Source of the DNA: a virus | Strand: one strand, 5' to 3' | DNA length: 64,000 nucleotides | IMG/VR virus record: IMGVR_UViG_3300028837_000518 | Coordinates: 45,320 to 109,319 of that record | In this document: positions 27,571-38,256 of the stretch, one piece after another | Position numbering within the stretch: the first letter of the stretch is position 1 | Layout: every line of letters begins with the position of its first letter | Position numbers and translations under genes: made by a program | Notes under the pieces: generated by a model | Database searches by the model: none | What the model saw: only the letters and a program-made list of their open reading frames with translations | What the model was told of the DNA's origin: nothing

Positions 27571-28037
27571 TTATTCTTTTACTACTTCTACTCATCTTCC
27601 CCCCATTATTGCCATGCGCGTTTCACGGTATAGTGACTATTAATGGTGTCAATGCACCTGAAGGTACATTCATTACTATGGGAGGGGATGGGGAGACAGT
27701 TTATGCCCGAACTACAGTATTCCCATATGAGGATATATCAGTTTACCGCATTAATATACCGGGTGATGATCCCGATACACCCGAGCGCGAAGGCGGTATA
27801 GAGAGTGAAGAAATATGGGCCAAAGTATCTGATGATATTCAGATCGAGGAAACGCGAACTTGGAGCTCTGGCGAGCCGTCAGAGTATTGGGATTTAGTTA
27901 TAACAGGAGGTGCCACAGTAACGCCGACTATACCACCACCACCGGCGACTGTGTTTCTCCCGCTGATTATGAATAATTACCCCCAAGTGGTCAGCGGGGG
28001 AAGTAGTATGGGGGATAAATATGAAGAGGGGACCTAA
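27567..28037 (+). CDS. Secreted/surface protein with C-terminal FLPLI motif
   Basis: Hydrophobic N-terminus, Ig-like 'F.G.VTING..AP.GT', TPT/PPPP linker, 'TVFLPLIMNN'. Confidence 0.7.
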   Translation: MIILLLLLLIFPPLLPCAFHGIVTINGVNAPEGTFITMGGDGETVYARTTVFPYEDISVYRINIPGDDPDTPEREGGIESEEIWAKVSDDIQIEETRTWSSGEPSEYWDLVITGGATVTPTIPPPPATVFLPLIMNNYPQVVSGGSSMGDKYEEGT

Positions 28038-28329
28038 ACCTCGAAAGCTACCTGTAATGATCGCACAGCAGATTATCACTCGCTATCAAGCCGGCGAGAT
28101 AGGCACCGACCTTTGCAGTGAGTACCATATAGGTTATGATAGGTTTCGCAATATCCTAGCAGTACATAGTGTCAAGATACGCCCGTATAGGCGAAGGCGC
28201 AGAACAAAGGACACACGGGAGCGGTGCAGGAGTTGTGGCATCATATTGGAAGAATGTGAGGACTGGGAGCGAGCACTGGAGCGCGATGGGCTGTGCGGGG
28301 GGACTGTGTGCCGAAAGATTATATTATGA
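28021..28329 (+). CDS. HTH + zinc finger protein (paralog of 4910..5497)
   Basis: 'RCRSCGIILEEC...ERDGLCGG..C'. Confidence 0.6.
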   Translation: MKRGPKPRKLPVMIAQQIITRYQAGEIGTDLCSEYHIGYDRFRNILAVHSVKIRPYRRRRRTKDTRERCRSCGIILEECEDWERALERDGLCGGTVCRKIIL

Positions 28330-28376
28330 GGAGGGGAGACAATGAGAATACTGCTAGCATGGAAGAAGGTCGCGAC

Positions 28377-28574
28377 ATGAGAACCAAAAGAGTGTTGTGG
28401 TCTCTAGCTCTAGCAATCATCTTTAGCCTGAGCTTGCTTACTGTTCAGGCTTGGCGACACTATACCATCTACCTGCCATTAGTGATAGGGGGTGGTAGAG
28501 AAAGCGGGCAAGTCAAACCAACTCCCACTGCGATACCTATACTAACAGATATGACCAAAAGTAAAGGAGAATAA
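28377..28574 (+). CDS. Small membrane/secreted protein with YLPLV motif
   Basis: Signal-like helix, 'YTIYLPLVIGG...PTPTA'. Confidence 0.6.
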   Translation: MRTKRVLWSLALAIIFSLSLLTVQAWRHYTIYLPLVIGGGRESGQVKPTPTAIPILTDMTKSKGE

Positions 28575-28763
28575 GATATGAAACTACAGTGTCCAACATG
28601 CAAAAGAGAATTGAAGGTAAACCCCAAACGTGAAGCGTGTCTTGCATGTGGAGTTATTGATCACAAAACATGCGCCACATGTGGAACCACGGTAACTCTG
28701 CGCTTTCCACCATCTTTGCTTGTGCTGCAGTAATCTTCTACAATGTATTTATGAGGTAGAGAA

Positions 28764-29012
28764 ATGGGACTTAGTCGACCGATGAAGTGGGTACTTTTCT
28801 TAATGCAAACAGAGAACGTTAGCATTGAGCGCTTCCTGCGAACTTACCGTTTCTACCCATGGCTCCAAAGTACTAAAGCACATCCAAGCCGAGTCACAGT
28901 ACGAGCACTAGAAAACAAAGGGTATATCGTGCTAGAACGCAGAGGCGAACGAAATCTCTGGGTTCTTACTGATAGCGGCAGAAGACAACCCGTAATAAAG
29001 GAGAAGGCATGA
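28764..29012 (+). CDS. Winged-helix-like protein
   Basis: 'TVRALENKGYI...WVLTDSGR'. Confidence 0.55.
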   Translation: MGLSRPMKWVLFLMQTENVSIERFLRTYRFYPWLQSTKAHPSRVTVRALENKGYIVLERRGERNLWVLTDSGRRQPVIKEKA

Positions 29013-29210
29013 GAGTCGTAACTATGTTTTGTTTGTTTAATGCTACGTGTTTGTTTTGGGCGCGAAAGCTGGGTTACATTGGCAATAAAGATATATGGGG
29101 TTTTGTAGCATTCGTAGCATTTGGCGTAATTTCTGCAATGACTGAATATGGTCAGAAATACAGTCAATCAATAACATAATACTATTACAACTACTACCTG
29201 GAGGAACAAG

Positions 29211-30626
29211 ATGAAACCACTTAACGTGTTTAATGTTAGACTTGGACTAGCAACTAATAGTAGTAGTTCGCACAGTATTATATTCACTGAGCAGCGCGTT
29301 CGAGATAGCTATGATAACTTAGAAGGGTTTGGCTGGGATTTCTTTACACTTGCGTCGCAACAAGCAAAGGAATCGTACTTTCAAGTCGCACTATATCAAA
29401 CCCTACGCCATACCGTAGGCAAAGACATTGCAAGGATGGTTGCACAGTCATTTGTGATGGAGCCACACCACCTCACAGAATCAGCTAACTATCTATTCCC
29501 CTACATTGATCATCAGAGTGCGCCGACAATTCCTAGTGACTGGGGTGGGCATGGGATAGACATGGAGTTTGCACAGGACTTCTACAACTTCCTCATGCAA
29601 GATAACTTAGTAGTGCTTGGCGGTAATGATAACGACGGAAAGGTTCACCCCCTAGCTATTAATGGTGCCGTAACATTACCATTTGCTAACTGGGGAAGTT
29701 CAGCGGCATGGGTGGCACGCAAAGACCACGCACATAACTACTGGACACTTTTCAGCCGCACATCAGGTGCAAAGCTTAGATTTGGTTTCAATGAAGACAT
29801 GACAGCGCCAGCCCGGGCTTCTGTACCTGAACTAGTAGATATAAAGATTACAGACTACTGCGACCACAATTGTCCTTGGTGCTACCAAAGCTCGTCTGTT
29901 GACGGTAAACATGCTGATTATATCCACCCAATTACAAAGGCACTAGGCGAGCTAAAAGTCTTTGAAGTTGCGCTAGGTGGTGGCGAGCCAACCCTACATC
30001 CTAGATTTACCTCAATACTCCGAGACTTTCAATATTGCGGTGTAGTGCCAAACTTCACCACCCATAAACTAGCTTGGCTTCGTGATGATAGCCTGAGACA
30101 AGAGGTTCTTGCATCCTGTGGTGCATTCGCATACACTCCAGATAATATAGAGCAAGCACGAGCACTATGCTCTCTAGTAGACGTACATGAAATTAACCCA
30201 CGGCGAGTATCAATACAACTTATTGCTGGATTTTGGGAAGGGCCAGTCTTTGAGAAACTTCTTAGTCTAGCCCATGTTCACAATATTGGTGTTACACTTC
30301 TAGGCTATAAGGCTACAGGTCGTGGTGCTAACTATAGATACCAACCGACACGTGAAAGCCTCGATGAAATGTGGACGGTAATTCTTAAGTTGCGAGCAGT
30401 GTATGGTGCTCCGCGAATTTCCATAGATACCGTACTGGCCGAGCAGCTAAAAGATAAACTTGTAGAGACCGAGATTCCGCACTGGCTATACCATACGAGT
30501 GATGGTACATTCTCCTACTACATTGACGCCGTAAGTAAAAAGATAGGACCGTCGTCTTACTGTCCAACTTATCGACTTATTGATATGAGCGCGGACTTAA
30601 CGGCGCAAATAGCACGAGTATTTTAA
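29211..30626 (+). CDS. Radical SAM protein with N-terminal 'TNSSSSHS' domain
   Basis: 'CDHNCPWCYQ', 'GGGEPTLHP', 'PNFTT'. Confidence 0.88.
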   Translation: MKPLNVFNVRLGLATNSSSSHSIIFTEQRVRDSYDNLEGFGWDFFTLASQQAKESYFQVALYQTLRHTVGKDIARMVAQSFVMEPHHLTESANYLFPYIDHQSAPTIPSDWGGHGIDMEFAQDFYNFLMQDNLVVLGGNDNDGKVHPLAINGAVTLPFANWGSSAAWVARKDHAHNYWTLFSRTSGAKLRFGFNEDMTAPARASVPELVDIKITDYCDHNCPWCYQSSSVDGKHADYIHPITKALGELKVFEVALGGGEPTLHPRFTSILRDFQYCGVVPNFTTHKLAWLRDDSLRQEVLASCGAFAYTPDNIEQARALCSLVDVHEINPRRVSIQLIAGFWEGPVFEKLLSLAHVHNIGVTLLGYKATGRGANYRYQPTRESLDEMWTVILKLRAVYGAPRISIDTVLAEQLKDKLVETEIPHWLYHTSDGTFSYYIDAVSKKIGPSSYCPTYRLIDMSADLTAQIARVF

Positions 30627-30972
30627 TATAATGGATATTACATCAACAAGTTGGATTGAGTACGGCTTGGGTCAGAGCGCTACCCCCTTTGCGTGCGCAA
30701 AGGAAAAAGCACTATCCTGGTATCGCTTTATAATATCGGTAATCTACTCCGGACAATATGATGATGTAATAGTAGGTGAGTTAAGAGAGGGAGTTCTTGC
30801 ACAAATGAATGATGAAGTGCGTGCCGAGTTTGATAAACTAGTACAAAGTGGCTAAGTGTAAGCATAATAGCCTTAAACTAAAAGAACCATATGTGAAGGG
30901 TGAGCCCATGATCTTCATATGCCTAGACTGCGATCAAGAAATTACAAGAAGCAAGCACAAGAGAGGGGCAAA

Positions 30973-31332
30973 ATGACTCACCAATATCCTGAATCAGTTA
31001 ATATTCTTGGCGTAAATTACGCTATAGCGTATCACGACAATCCTGCGGAGGTAGACATATATAAACGCGAGTCGTTATGGGGGCAAATAGATTACTGGAC
31101 ACGTACTATTCGCATCTATGATAATGAACGTCCCAAGCAGGATGTTTGGCAAACGATTCTTCATGAGGTAATGCATGGCATTATGAATATGTTACACTTG
31201 AACAAGCTGCATGATGACGCTGCGCATAGTGAAATGGATTCATTAGCACTGGCTCTCACGGATGTATTTGTAAGAAATGGATGGTTGGTAGGAGTGCGGG
31301 AGGATGACGCGGATGACGTGGAAAGAATCTAG
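30973..31332 (+). CDS. HEXXH metallopeptidase-like phage protein
   Basis: 'GQIDY...I.I...TILHEVMHGI'. Confidence 0.65.
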   Translation: MTHQYPESVNILGVNYAIAYHDNPAEVDIYKRESLWGQIDYWTRTIRIYDNERPKQDVWQTILHEVMHGIMNMLHLNKLHDDAAHSEMDSLALALTDVFVRNGWLVGVREDDADDVERI

Positions 31333-32179
31333 CATTTCTTGGACAGATTACTCAGGTGGTGCCGCAAACTTTGTGTTGGGCTGTACGCCTATATCGTTGG
31401 GATGCAAGAACTGTTATGCTCATCGTAATTTCAGGCGGTTTGGCAAAGACTTTTCCAAGGTAGTTTGTAGTCCAAAGAAGCTCAGGGGACTAGCTAGTAC
31501 CAGATTTCCAGTATTCAGCCCTAAGCGTGGTGCACCACATAAACCCATGGTGTTTGTAGTAAACATGGGAGACCTCTTTCACACATCAGTTACAGACGAG
31601 TTTCTCTTAGATGTGTTTAGAATGTTTCAGGCTCGCCCGAATGTAGTTTGGCAAGTACTAACAAAACGCGCAGATCGAATGCGACGATTCATACTTAAGT
31701 ATCTAGCGCATCCCTATAGTGAATTTGGACGCTGTACCACAAAGCATCCCTGGCCCTTCCCTCATGTCTGGCTTAACGTGTCAGTAGAGTCACCACAGTA
31801 TCTCTGGCGAGTTCGAGAATTGCTAGACACACCAGCCGCTATACGGGGTGTAAGTTTAGAACCACTACTTGCTCCCGTAGATTTGCGACCTTGGATGTTT
31901 GATGGTATGGGGCATGATAATCACCCCAAATATAAAAGGTATGAGTACCCCACGGGTGCAATTGACTGGGTTGTTGTTGGCGGCGAGTCAGGTCCAAATC
32001 ATCGCGCCTTTAATAAACAGTGGGCAATAGACATTCGTAATCACTGTATCGGCCATACACCATTCTTCTTTAAGCAGTCTGCCGGTCTCTACCCCGGTAC
32101 AGACCCTACGCTTAATGGACAAATCTATCAGCAATGGCCAGGATATAAAGCAATTAGACACAATAACTGGACACAATAA
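31304..32179 (+). CDS. DUF5131 (Gp37/Gp68) family protein
   Basis: 'ISWTD', 'GCT..S.GCKNCYA', 'MGDLFH', 'LTKR', 'SLEPLL', 'WVVVGGESG', 'FFFKQ'. Confidence 0.9.
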   Translation: MTRMTWKESSISWTDYSGGAANFVLGCTPISLGCKNCYAHRNFRRFGKDFSKVVCSPKKLRGLASTRFPVFSPKRGAPHKPMVFVVNMGDLFHTSVTDEFLLDVFRMFQARPNVVWQVLTKRADRMRRFILKYLAHPYSEFGRCTTKHPWPFPHVWLNVSVESPQYLWRVRELLDTPAAIRGVSLEPLLAPVDLRPWMFDGMGHDNHPKYKRYEYPTGAIDWVVVGGESGPNHRAFNKQWAIDIRNHCIGHTPFFFKQSAGLYPGTDPTLNGQIYQQWPGYKAIRHNNWTQ

Positions 32180-32428
32180 TTGGACACCTTGCTAATAAAA
32201 AGGAAAGCACAACATGACAAGGCGCAACGTGGCAGAGTCAAATTGGTTACGGTGCGAGCAATGCACGCACTGGCATTACGTAGATGGTATGGCATGGCAT
32301 AGCAGGCAAAACAGACCTATTAATGGCATCTGCGTTAACCCAGAGTCAGATCACTGTGGCCATGTACTTGATAGACAGCACCATATTTGCAACCCAGACC
32401 ATTACCTTCCGTTAGTTAAAGCTCGCTG

Positions 32429-32794
32429 GTGGGAAAAATAATGTCATGGCAAGCAACACTAAGCATAATTAAGAAGTCAATAAGGGCTGAAGGCTGGCGA
32501 ATACTCTACAAGGACCTAGAAAAAATCAGGACACCAGATGGCATACGTGCTGTTACAGAATCCATTGACTTTGTTGGTAGAATAATCTATCTCCCCAAGG
32601 CGACACAGGGCACAGAGGAAACCCTGCAACAATTGGCAGATGTGTGGTTGAGCATACAGGGTGTTATTGCGTTTGAGAATCGAATGAAATCAACAATTAA
32701 TGAAAGAACTGATGAGCCCAAGGAAATAACAGCAATAACACTACCGCTCTCTCTATTGGACAAAAACACAAAAGTGTGCTATGATGACGGATAG
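32429..32794 (+). CDS. Hypothetical protein
   Basis: Intact ORF in gene run. Confidence 0.5.
   Translation: MGKIMSWQATLSIIKKSIRAEGWRILYKDLEKIRTPDGIRAVTESIDFVGRIIYLPKATQGTEETLQQLADVWLSIQGVIAFENRMKSTINERTDEPKEITAITLPLSLLDKNTKVCYDDG
32757..32785 (+). promoter_or_regulatory. Sigma70-like promoter upstream of GT/radical-SAM cluster
   Basis: TGGACA-17 nt-TATGAT with TGn extended -10. Confidence 0.55.
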
Positions 32795-32828
32795 TATTAG
32801 TCATATAGCAAAAAGGAGAGATTGGTAA

Positions 32829-34004
32829 GTGCTTAGAATACTTTGGCATTCCAATGCGGTTTGGGCAAGAAGTGGTTATGGTGGTCAGAGCAAGATAAAT
32901 GGTGAAGCGATAGCACAACTGGGTCATACAGTACATTATAGCGCTAACTGGGGACTACAGGGTTCCATAGTTGACCTCGATGCGAATACGAAGGTTTATC
33001 CGTCGCTACGTGCTGAATCTGGTGATGACCTATTACTTCCCAGTCATGCCGAAGCCATGAAGGCTGATATTGTTATTACTCTATATGATGCTTGGACTTT
33101 TGATCCAGTAATTACAAAGCAGTTTTGTTGGATTCCATGGTTGCCAATTGACATGGATAGAATATCAAAACAGCACTATCAGGCATTAGCACCGGCATAT
33201 CGGGTAATTGCATTCACGCGGTATGGCCAAAAGAAGCTTAAGGAAGTAGGTATAGAGTCAAGTTATGTTCCCCACTCACTAGACACTCGTATATGGCGAC
33301 CACTTGACAAAGCCGAAGCCCGTGAAGGCCTTGGTTTTCCGCCTGATAAATTTATAGTATTAGTAACGGCAATGAATAAGGGCTACCCAGCGCGAAAGGC
33401 ATTTCCCGAGATATTATGGGCGTGGAAAGCATTTGCCGAGGGTAAGAAAGATAAAGTTCTGCTTCACTTCCACTCTAATGATGGCCCTGCTATCGGTGGC
33501 CCCAGTATCAGGGGAATGGCCAGCGAACTAGGCATTACGCCCGAGACACTTTCTATTGCTGATCAGTACTCGTACTTTCTGGGTTACAAAACATCCTATA
33601 TGGTTGGACTTACTAACGCGGCTGATGTGCTACTTCTTCCCAGCTATGGTGAAGGATTTGGGATTCCCCTCATCGAAGCGCAAAGCGTAGGCGTACCTGT
33701 AATCACCAGCGACTTTGGCGCTATGAAGGAACTATGCAATGCTGGTTGGTTGGTAGAGGGGCAGCCCTTTCTTAATGTGTTGGCCGGTTTTTACCAAGTC
33801 CCCTTCATTGACAGTATTGTGGCTGCACTTGAGGAATCATATAAGTGCCGCGGTGATACTAGCTTGTCGGAACAGGCTATAGAAAGTATGAAGCAGTATG
33901 ATATTCGTTATGTTACCCAAGAGCATTGGACACCAGTGTTAGATGAGATTGAAGAGTCTTTGAGTACCGGTGGCGAGCTAAATCTCTTTGAGGGGCTAGA
34001 GTGA
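32829..34004 (+). CDS. Glycosyltransferase family 4 (GT-B)
   Basis: 'SGYG.Q', 'PH..D', 'RK', 'ADVLLLPSYGEGFGIPLIEAQSVGVPVI'. Confidence 0.9.
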   Translation: MLRILWHSNAVWARSGYGGQSKINGEAIAQLGHTVHYSANWGLQGSIVDLDANTKVYPSLRAESGDDLLLPSHAEAMKADIVITLYDAWTFDPVITKQFCWIPWLPIDMDRISKQHYQALAPAYRVIAFTRYGQKKLKEVGIESSYVPHSLDTRIWRPLDKAEAREGLGFPPDKFIVLVTAMNKGYPARKAFPEILWAWKAFAEGKKDKVLLHFHSNDGPAIGGPSIRGMASELGITPETLSIADQYSYFLGYKTSYMVGLTNAADVLLLPSYGEGFGIPLIEAQSVGVPVITSDFGAMKELCNAGWLVEGQPFLNVLAGFYQVPFIDSIVAALEESYKCRGDTSLSEQAIESMKQYDIRYVTQEHWTPVLDEIEESLSTGGELNLFEGLE

Positions 34005-34121
34005 TAGACTTCATATTTATGCGTAAAGCATTAGTTACAGATTTCACCATAGCTTCCGGTGTAATGTCTGTTTTCATTCTCTTCTGGTTAATAGGTAAAG
34101 TAGCACGCCGGTTGTTCACCA

Positions 34122-36494
34122 GTGAGTAAAATACTTCTCCTTAATCCTCCCGTCCATCACTACACAGGTTTTCAGTTTAAGATTAACCCCACTCTTGGCC
34201 TAGCTATTATAGCGTCACTATTGGATACAGCAGGACACTCAGTGAAGGTAATAGACTTAGAAGCTGTCGGAATAACGCCCAATAAACTACATGCCTACTT
34301 TAAAAATAACAAAGATAATTGGCCAGACATAGTAGGATTTACTGCGTTATCAGTAGCTGCGCGTGGATGTAAAGAATCTATCAGTGCTATACGTGCAGCA
34401 GGATACAATAAAAAAGTTATGGTTGGCGGTATATATGCTACGCTATCCCCACAAGAGCTGATAAACGAGGGCGCTGACTTAGTTGTTACGGGTGAATGTG
34501 AGGGGAATATTGTTGAAGTAGTAGATAATGATATTGTTGGTGTAGTAAGCGGTACAGCAGCACCTATTGCAGATATTCCCATACCTCTTTGGAATAAGCA
34601 TGTTCCCACAATCAATACCTACCAGGGTAATCAACCTCATATTGGCTGGCCCGAAACCGTAACCATGTTTACACGCGGATGTCCACATCGTTGTATCTTC
34701 TGCGTAACCGGTGATACACGTATAGAGACGCTTGCAGGTAGTAAAACCATTATTGAAATTAGCAAGGGTGACGAGGTGCTTACCGCCAATGGTGTAGCTG
34801 CTATACAAGACAAGCAAATACTAAAAGCTACAAACGGTCTTATAGAGATAAATGTCCAAGGTATGTTTAACAACTTAAGACTTACACCAGACCATAAAGT
34901 ATTAGCCATTCGATATAAAGCACTTAACCGTATGGCCTCGGCAGCCAATGTAAAACACCGACCGGCATGGATACAGGAAGAGACGCCGCATTTCGTGCAA
35001 GCCGGTAAGTTACAGAAGGGTGACTTTTTAATTGCCCCCTATCCCACTAAAACTGTTCCAACCCACTATTCTGAAAGTGACTTTGAGCTTTTCGGACTAT
35101 ATATAGCAGAGGGACATATAAGTAAACAATTGCATCGCAAGAATTACTATATGCTTGTATTAACTTTATCAGCTCGTGAAGGGGCTTTGGCTAACCATGC
35201 ATTAAAACTACTACGTAAATTCCTTGCAACAGATAAGGGAAGCATCTATCATAATCAGTGCAACAATACACTACAGGTTACAATAGGAGGGCGCAATAAG
35301 ATTCTATGGTTTAGGGAAACGTTCAGAACAGGCGCAAAACACAAGACACTTCCACCTTGGGCGCTTTTAGCACCTAGGGCACATCAGATTGCCCTACTAC
35401 GAGGTATGTTTTGGGGTGACGGACATAATTCCCATAGCGGCATTCGTTACACAACCGTATCACGAGTTCTTGCAGAGCAATTGCGACTGATACTATTGCG
35501 TACAGGCGGTGTTCCTAATCTTTTTCAGACTCCTGCCAATAAACGACCTAATCAGATACAAGGACGAACTGTAAATGTAAGTGATACTTACGTTGTTACC
35601 CTATTTGGACCGGTAGCCGATGAAATGCGTCATGAGTTCAATTGGGTTATTCGTAACGATAGTGCTAACCGGCGTTTTAATCGAGCTTATAACGTAGCGG
35701 GCAAGGGTTATGCGCTCTATCCTATTCAAGCTATTAACAAAACGCCGTATGAAGGTGTAGTGTATGACTTAACTACTAATGGAACATTTGTTGCAAATGG
35801 AGTGGCTATCTCGAACTGCGCCAATACTATATTCGGACACCAACCCATTAGGTTTCGACCGCCCGAGAACATTGAGCAAGAACTTAGATTCGACAAGGAC
35901 CAGTTTGGAATTCAGTCACTGTTTGTTTATGATGATGAACTCTTTGGCTGCAAGTACTCAAGTGGTTGGTTTGCGGAAGTGATGGAGCGAATAACACCAC
36001 TAGAACTCACGTGGAAAGCACAGGGTCGGTGCTCGGAGCGCTATGTAACCTCCGATGTTTTAGAAAAAGCATACGCAGCCGGTTGTCGTGCTATCATGTG
36101 GGGCATTGAAAGTTTCAGTCCTAAAGTCCTAGATGCTATAAAGAAAGATACAAAAGTTAGCGACATATGGGCAACTCTTAAGCGAGCCAAAGCCGCAGGT
36201 ATTAAAAACTGGGCTTTCACAATGATTGGTAACTATAAGGAGACTGAGCGTGACTTGGCCATAACAGCTGCCGCTCTAGAGAAAGCTAAGGGTATGGGGT
36301 TAATTGACTGGCGTCAAACTACTATCGTTACTTCGTGGCCGGGAACAGAACTGTGGGATATTCAAGAACGTGAGGGTTGGCTGACACCGCCACCTGATAC
36401 AGGACCGCAGACACAGCAAGTATATGCCGATACACCTTGGTTAACTAAAAAACAGATGTTATATTGGCTGGGAAAGTTTTCTACCATTTGTTAG
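34122..36494 (+). CDS. B12-binding radical SAM protein containing an intein
   Basis: Cobalamin-binding 'PTLGLA...GG..AT...GEGE'-like N-domain; 'TRGCPHRCIF|intein|C'; 'YDDE', 'GIESFS'. Confidence 0.9.
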   Translation: MSKILLLNPPVHHYTGFQFKINPTLGLAIIASLLDTAGHSVKVIDLEAVGITPNKLHAYFKNNKDNWPDIVGFTALSVAARGCKESISAIRAAGYNKKVMVGGIYATLSPQELINEGADLVVTGECEGNIVEVVDNDIVGVVSGTAAPIADIPIPLWNKHVPTINTYQGNQPHIGWPETVTMFTRGCPHRCIFCVTGDTRIETLAGSKTIIEISKGDEVLTANGVAAIQDKQILKATNGLIEINVQGMFNNLRLTPDHKVLAIRYKALNRMASAANVKHRPAWIQEETPHFVQAGKLQKGDFLIAPYPTKTVPTHYSESDFELFGLYIAEGHISKQLHRKNYYMLVLTLSAREGALANHALKLLRKFLATDKGSIYHNQCNNTLQVTIGGRNKILWFRETFRTGAKHKTLPPWALLAPRAHQIALLRGMFWGDGHNSHSGIRYTTVSRVLAEQLRLILLRTGGVPNLFQTPANKRPNQIQGRTVNVSDTYVVTLFGPVADEMRHEFNWVIRNDSANRRFNRAYNVAGKGYALYPIQAINKTPYEGVVYDLTTNGTFVANGVAISNCANTIFGHQPIRFRPPENIEQELRFDKDQFGIQSLFVYDDELFGCKYSSGWFAEVMERITPLELTWKAQGRCSERYVTSDVLEKAYAAGCRAIMWGIESFSPKVLDAIKKDTKVSDIWATLKRAKAAGIKNWAFTMIGNYKETERDLAITAAALEKAKGMGLIDWRQTTIVTSWPGTELWDIQEREGWLTPPPDTGPQTQQVYADTPWLTKKQMLYWLGKFSTIC
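34701..35816 (+). mobile_element. Intein (372 aa) with LAGLIDADG endonuclease
   Basis: 'CVTGDT', 'LTPDH', 'GLYIAEG', 'GMFWGDG', 'VYDLT...ISN|C'. Confidence 0.9.
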
Positions 36495-36508
36495 TTAAAG
36501 GAGAGAAT

Positions 36509-37210
36509 ATGAGTGATAATATCCTCGTAACAGGTTCGGCCGGGTTCTTTGGTGAATGGGTAATACCGGCACTGGAGGGAGCAGGGTATAATGTTATACC
36601 ATACGATATTGTAGACGGTGATGATGTTGGTAATAGGAGACGTCTAGCCGGCAGACTGCGCTCCTGTCTTGGTGTTGTGCACTTAGCTGGTGTGGGAATG
36701 TTGGCTAAGGGACAAGACTACGGATGGCATCACGCCACCATTTACGAAACGTTTACAAGTACATTTCTGACATTCGTTGCGAGTCGAAGTGCCACCCACT
36801 TTATTCATATGTCGTCTGGTGCTATCTATGGGTTTGGACCCGAGCAAATGAATGGTTGGCTTACAGAGAATGATATGCCAATAAGTGAGTTATTGATCCC
36901 CGACACTCAAGCGCGAATAGATATGCTCAATGCGTACTCGAAAAACAAATGGGAGATTGAAGAGTACTTAAGCAATGCCGACTTGAAAACAAAAGTTGCA
37001 GTCTCTCTGCGCGTAAACTGCATCGAGCCTCATAACGCGGGTGCAGTACAACGCGGTGATCATTGGGGCTGGTGGTGCTCGCAGCGGTTAGTATGTGATG
37101 CTATACTGGCTGGGTTGCGGCGGCAGGAATCTGGTTTCTTTCCTGTAAATGTAGGCGAGGATAACCCTAACCTTGACAAGGAAAACTTAACGGAGCTTTT
37201 ACGCTCATGA
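36509..37210 (+). CDS. NAD-dependent epimerase/dehydratase (extended SDR)
   Basis: 'LVTGSAGFFG', 'VVHLA', 'SSGAIYG', 'YSKNK' (YxxxK). Confidence 0.85.
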   Translation: MSDNILVTGSAGFFGEWVIPALEGAGYNVIPYDIVDGDDVGNRRRLAGRLRSCLGVVHLAGVGMLAKGQDYGWHHATIYETFTSTFLTFVASRSATHFIHMSSGAIYGFGPEQMNGWLTENDMPISELLIPDTQARIDMLNAYSKNKWEIEEYLSNADLKTKVAVSLRVNCIEPHNAGAVQRGDHWGWWCSQRLVCDAILAGLRRQESGFFPVNVGEDNPNLDKENLTELLRS

Positions 37211-37716
37211 CAAATAAAGAGTGGTTGCTGTGTGCTATTGACATGGCCGGATACGACGGTGTATCGCTGCGACAACTCGAAGTAATAATGTTTCTTATCT
37301 ACCACGATAGCCCAATATACCTTCGGGGCGAGGGAAGCAAGGATACATTACCTGAATTAAACTTTCGTCCCGGACTGTTGGGCCCTATCAGTTACGATCT
37401 ACGCGATATGCTCAGAATATTGGTAGACAAGAAATTAATTCAGACAAAAATGCTCTACGAGGGAGACACAGTTCTTCTCTACACAATGTTATACTTTGTA
37501 ACTAATGCGGGACATCATAGAGCTCTGGGTATACGCGGAAGGTATTTGGCCCGAACATTCACTGTACGAACACTCGAAATTACTTTCCCTATTACTTGGC
37601 TGACAAAGTTCCGTATAGTGCTAAAAGAAGTACAATCACAACAATTCTTGAAAGTAATTAAGGCACTTAGTCATAAGTACCCGAACTTTGCATCACCACT
37701 TTTCAGTGTGAACTAG
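37207..37716 (+). CDS. Winged-helix protein, possibly YwgA/SocA-like
   Basis: 'F.PGLLGPIS.DL.D.L..L...K.I...Y.VT..G'. Confidence 0.45.
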   Translation: MTNKEWLLCAIDMAGYDGVSLRQLEVIMFLIYHDSPIYLRGEGSKDTLPELNFRPGLLGPISYDLRDMLRILVDKKLIQTKMLYEGDTVLLYTMLYFVTNAGHHRALGIRGRYLARTFTVRTLEITFPITWLTKFRIVLKEVQSQQFLKVIKALSHKYPNFASPLFSVN

Positions 37717-38256
37717 AACTACTACAATTTATTCCTCATTATAACTACTACCATTTCTGTAGTAGTTATACCTATTCTACTACTAAGTTAAGGAGATAAA
37801 TGTTTATCTGTGATAAAGCCGGTTGTAATGTAAGAGTAGATGAATCCGAAGTAATTGAGGTGAGCAGAGATGGTAGTTATTTTCACTTCTGCTGCTACGC
37901 CCATCTCTACGATTGGGCCAAAACCCAAATGTATAATGAGTCAGGCTTAGGCGATAATACCCTCAGTATAACAATATATCAAGCAAGGCGTTTTAGGAAA
38001 TGTCCCATTAACTGGCATATATCTAATTACTTTGCGAGCAGGGAATAGGCGAAATGATTACTGTTAAGTGTCCCAATTGTCAAACAATGATGGATGCGTA
38101 TGACCCTAAGAACTGGCCCGGTCGTGAACCTGATGCTGAGTGTCCGAATTGTGGCGCGCTAGTAACTAGTTTGGGAAATGGAAGCACCTTTGCTCGTACT
38201 GGGGTAGGCTTCGTAGCGGTCTTATCTACACCTATTGCGCAAGAGGACCTTCATCA

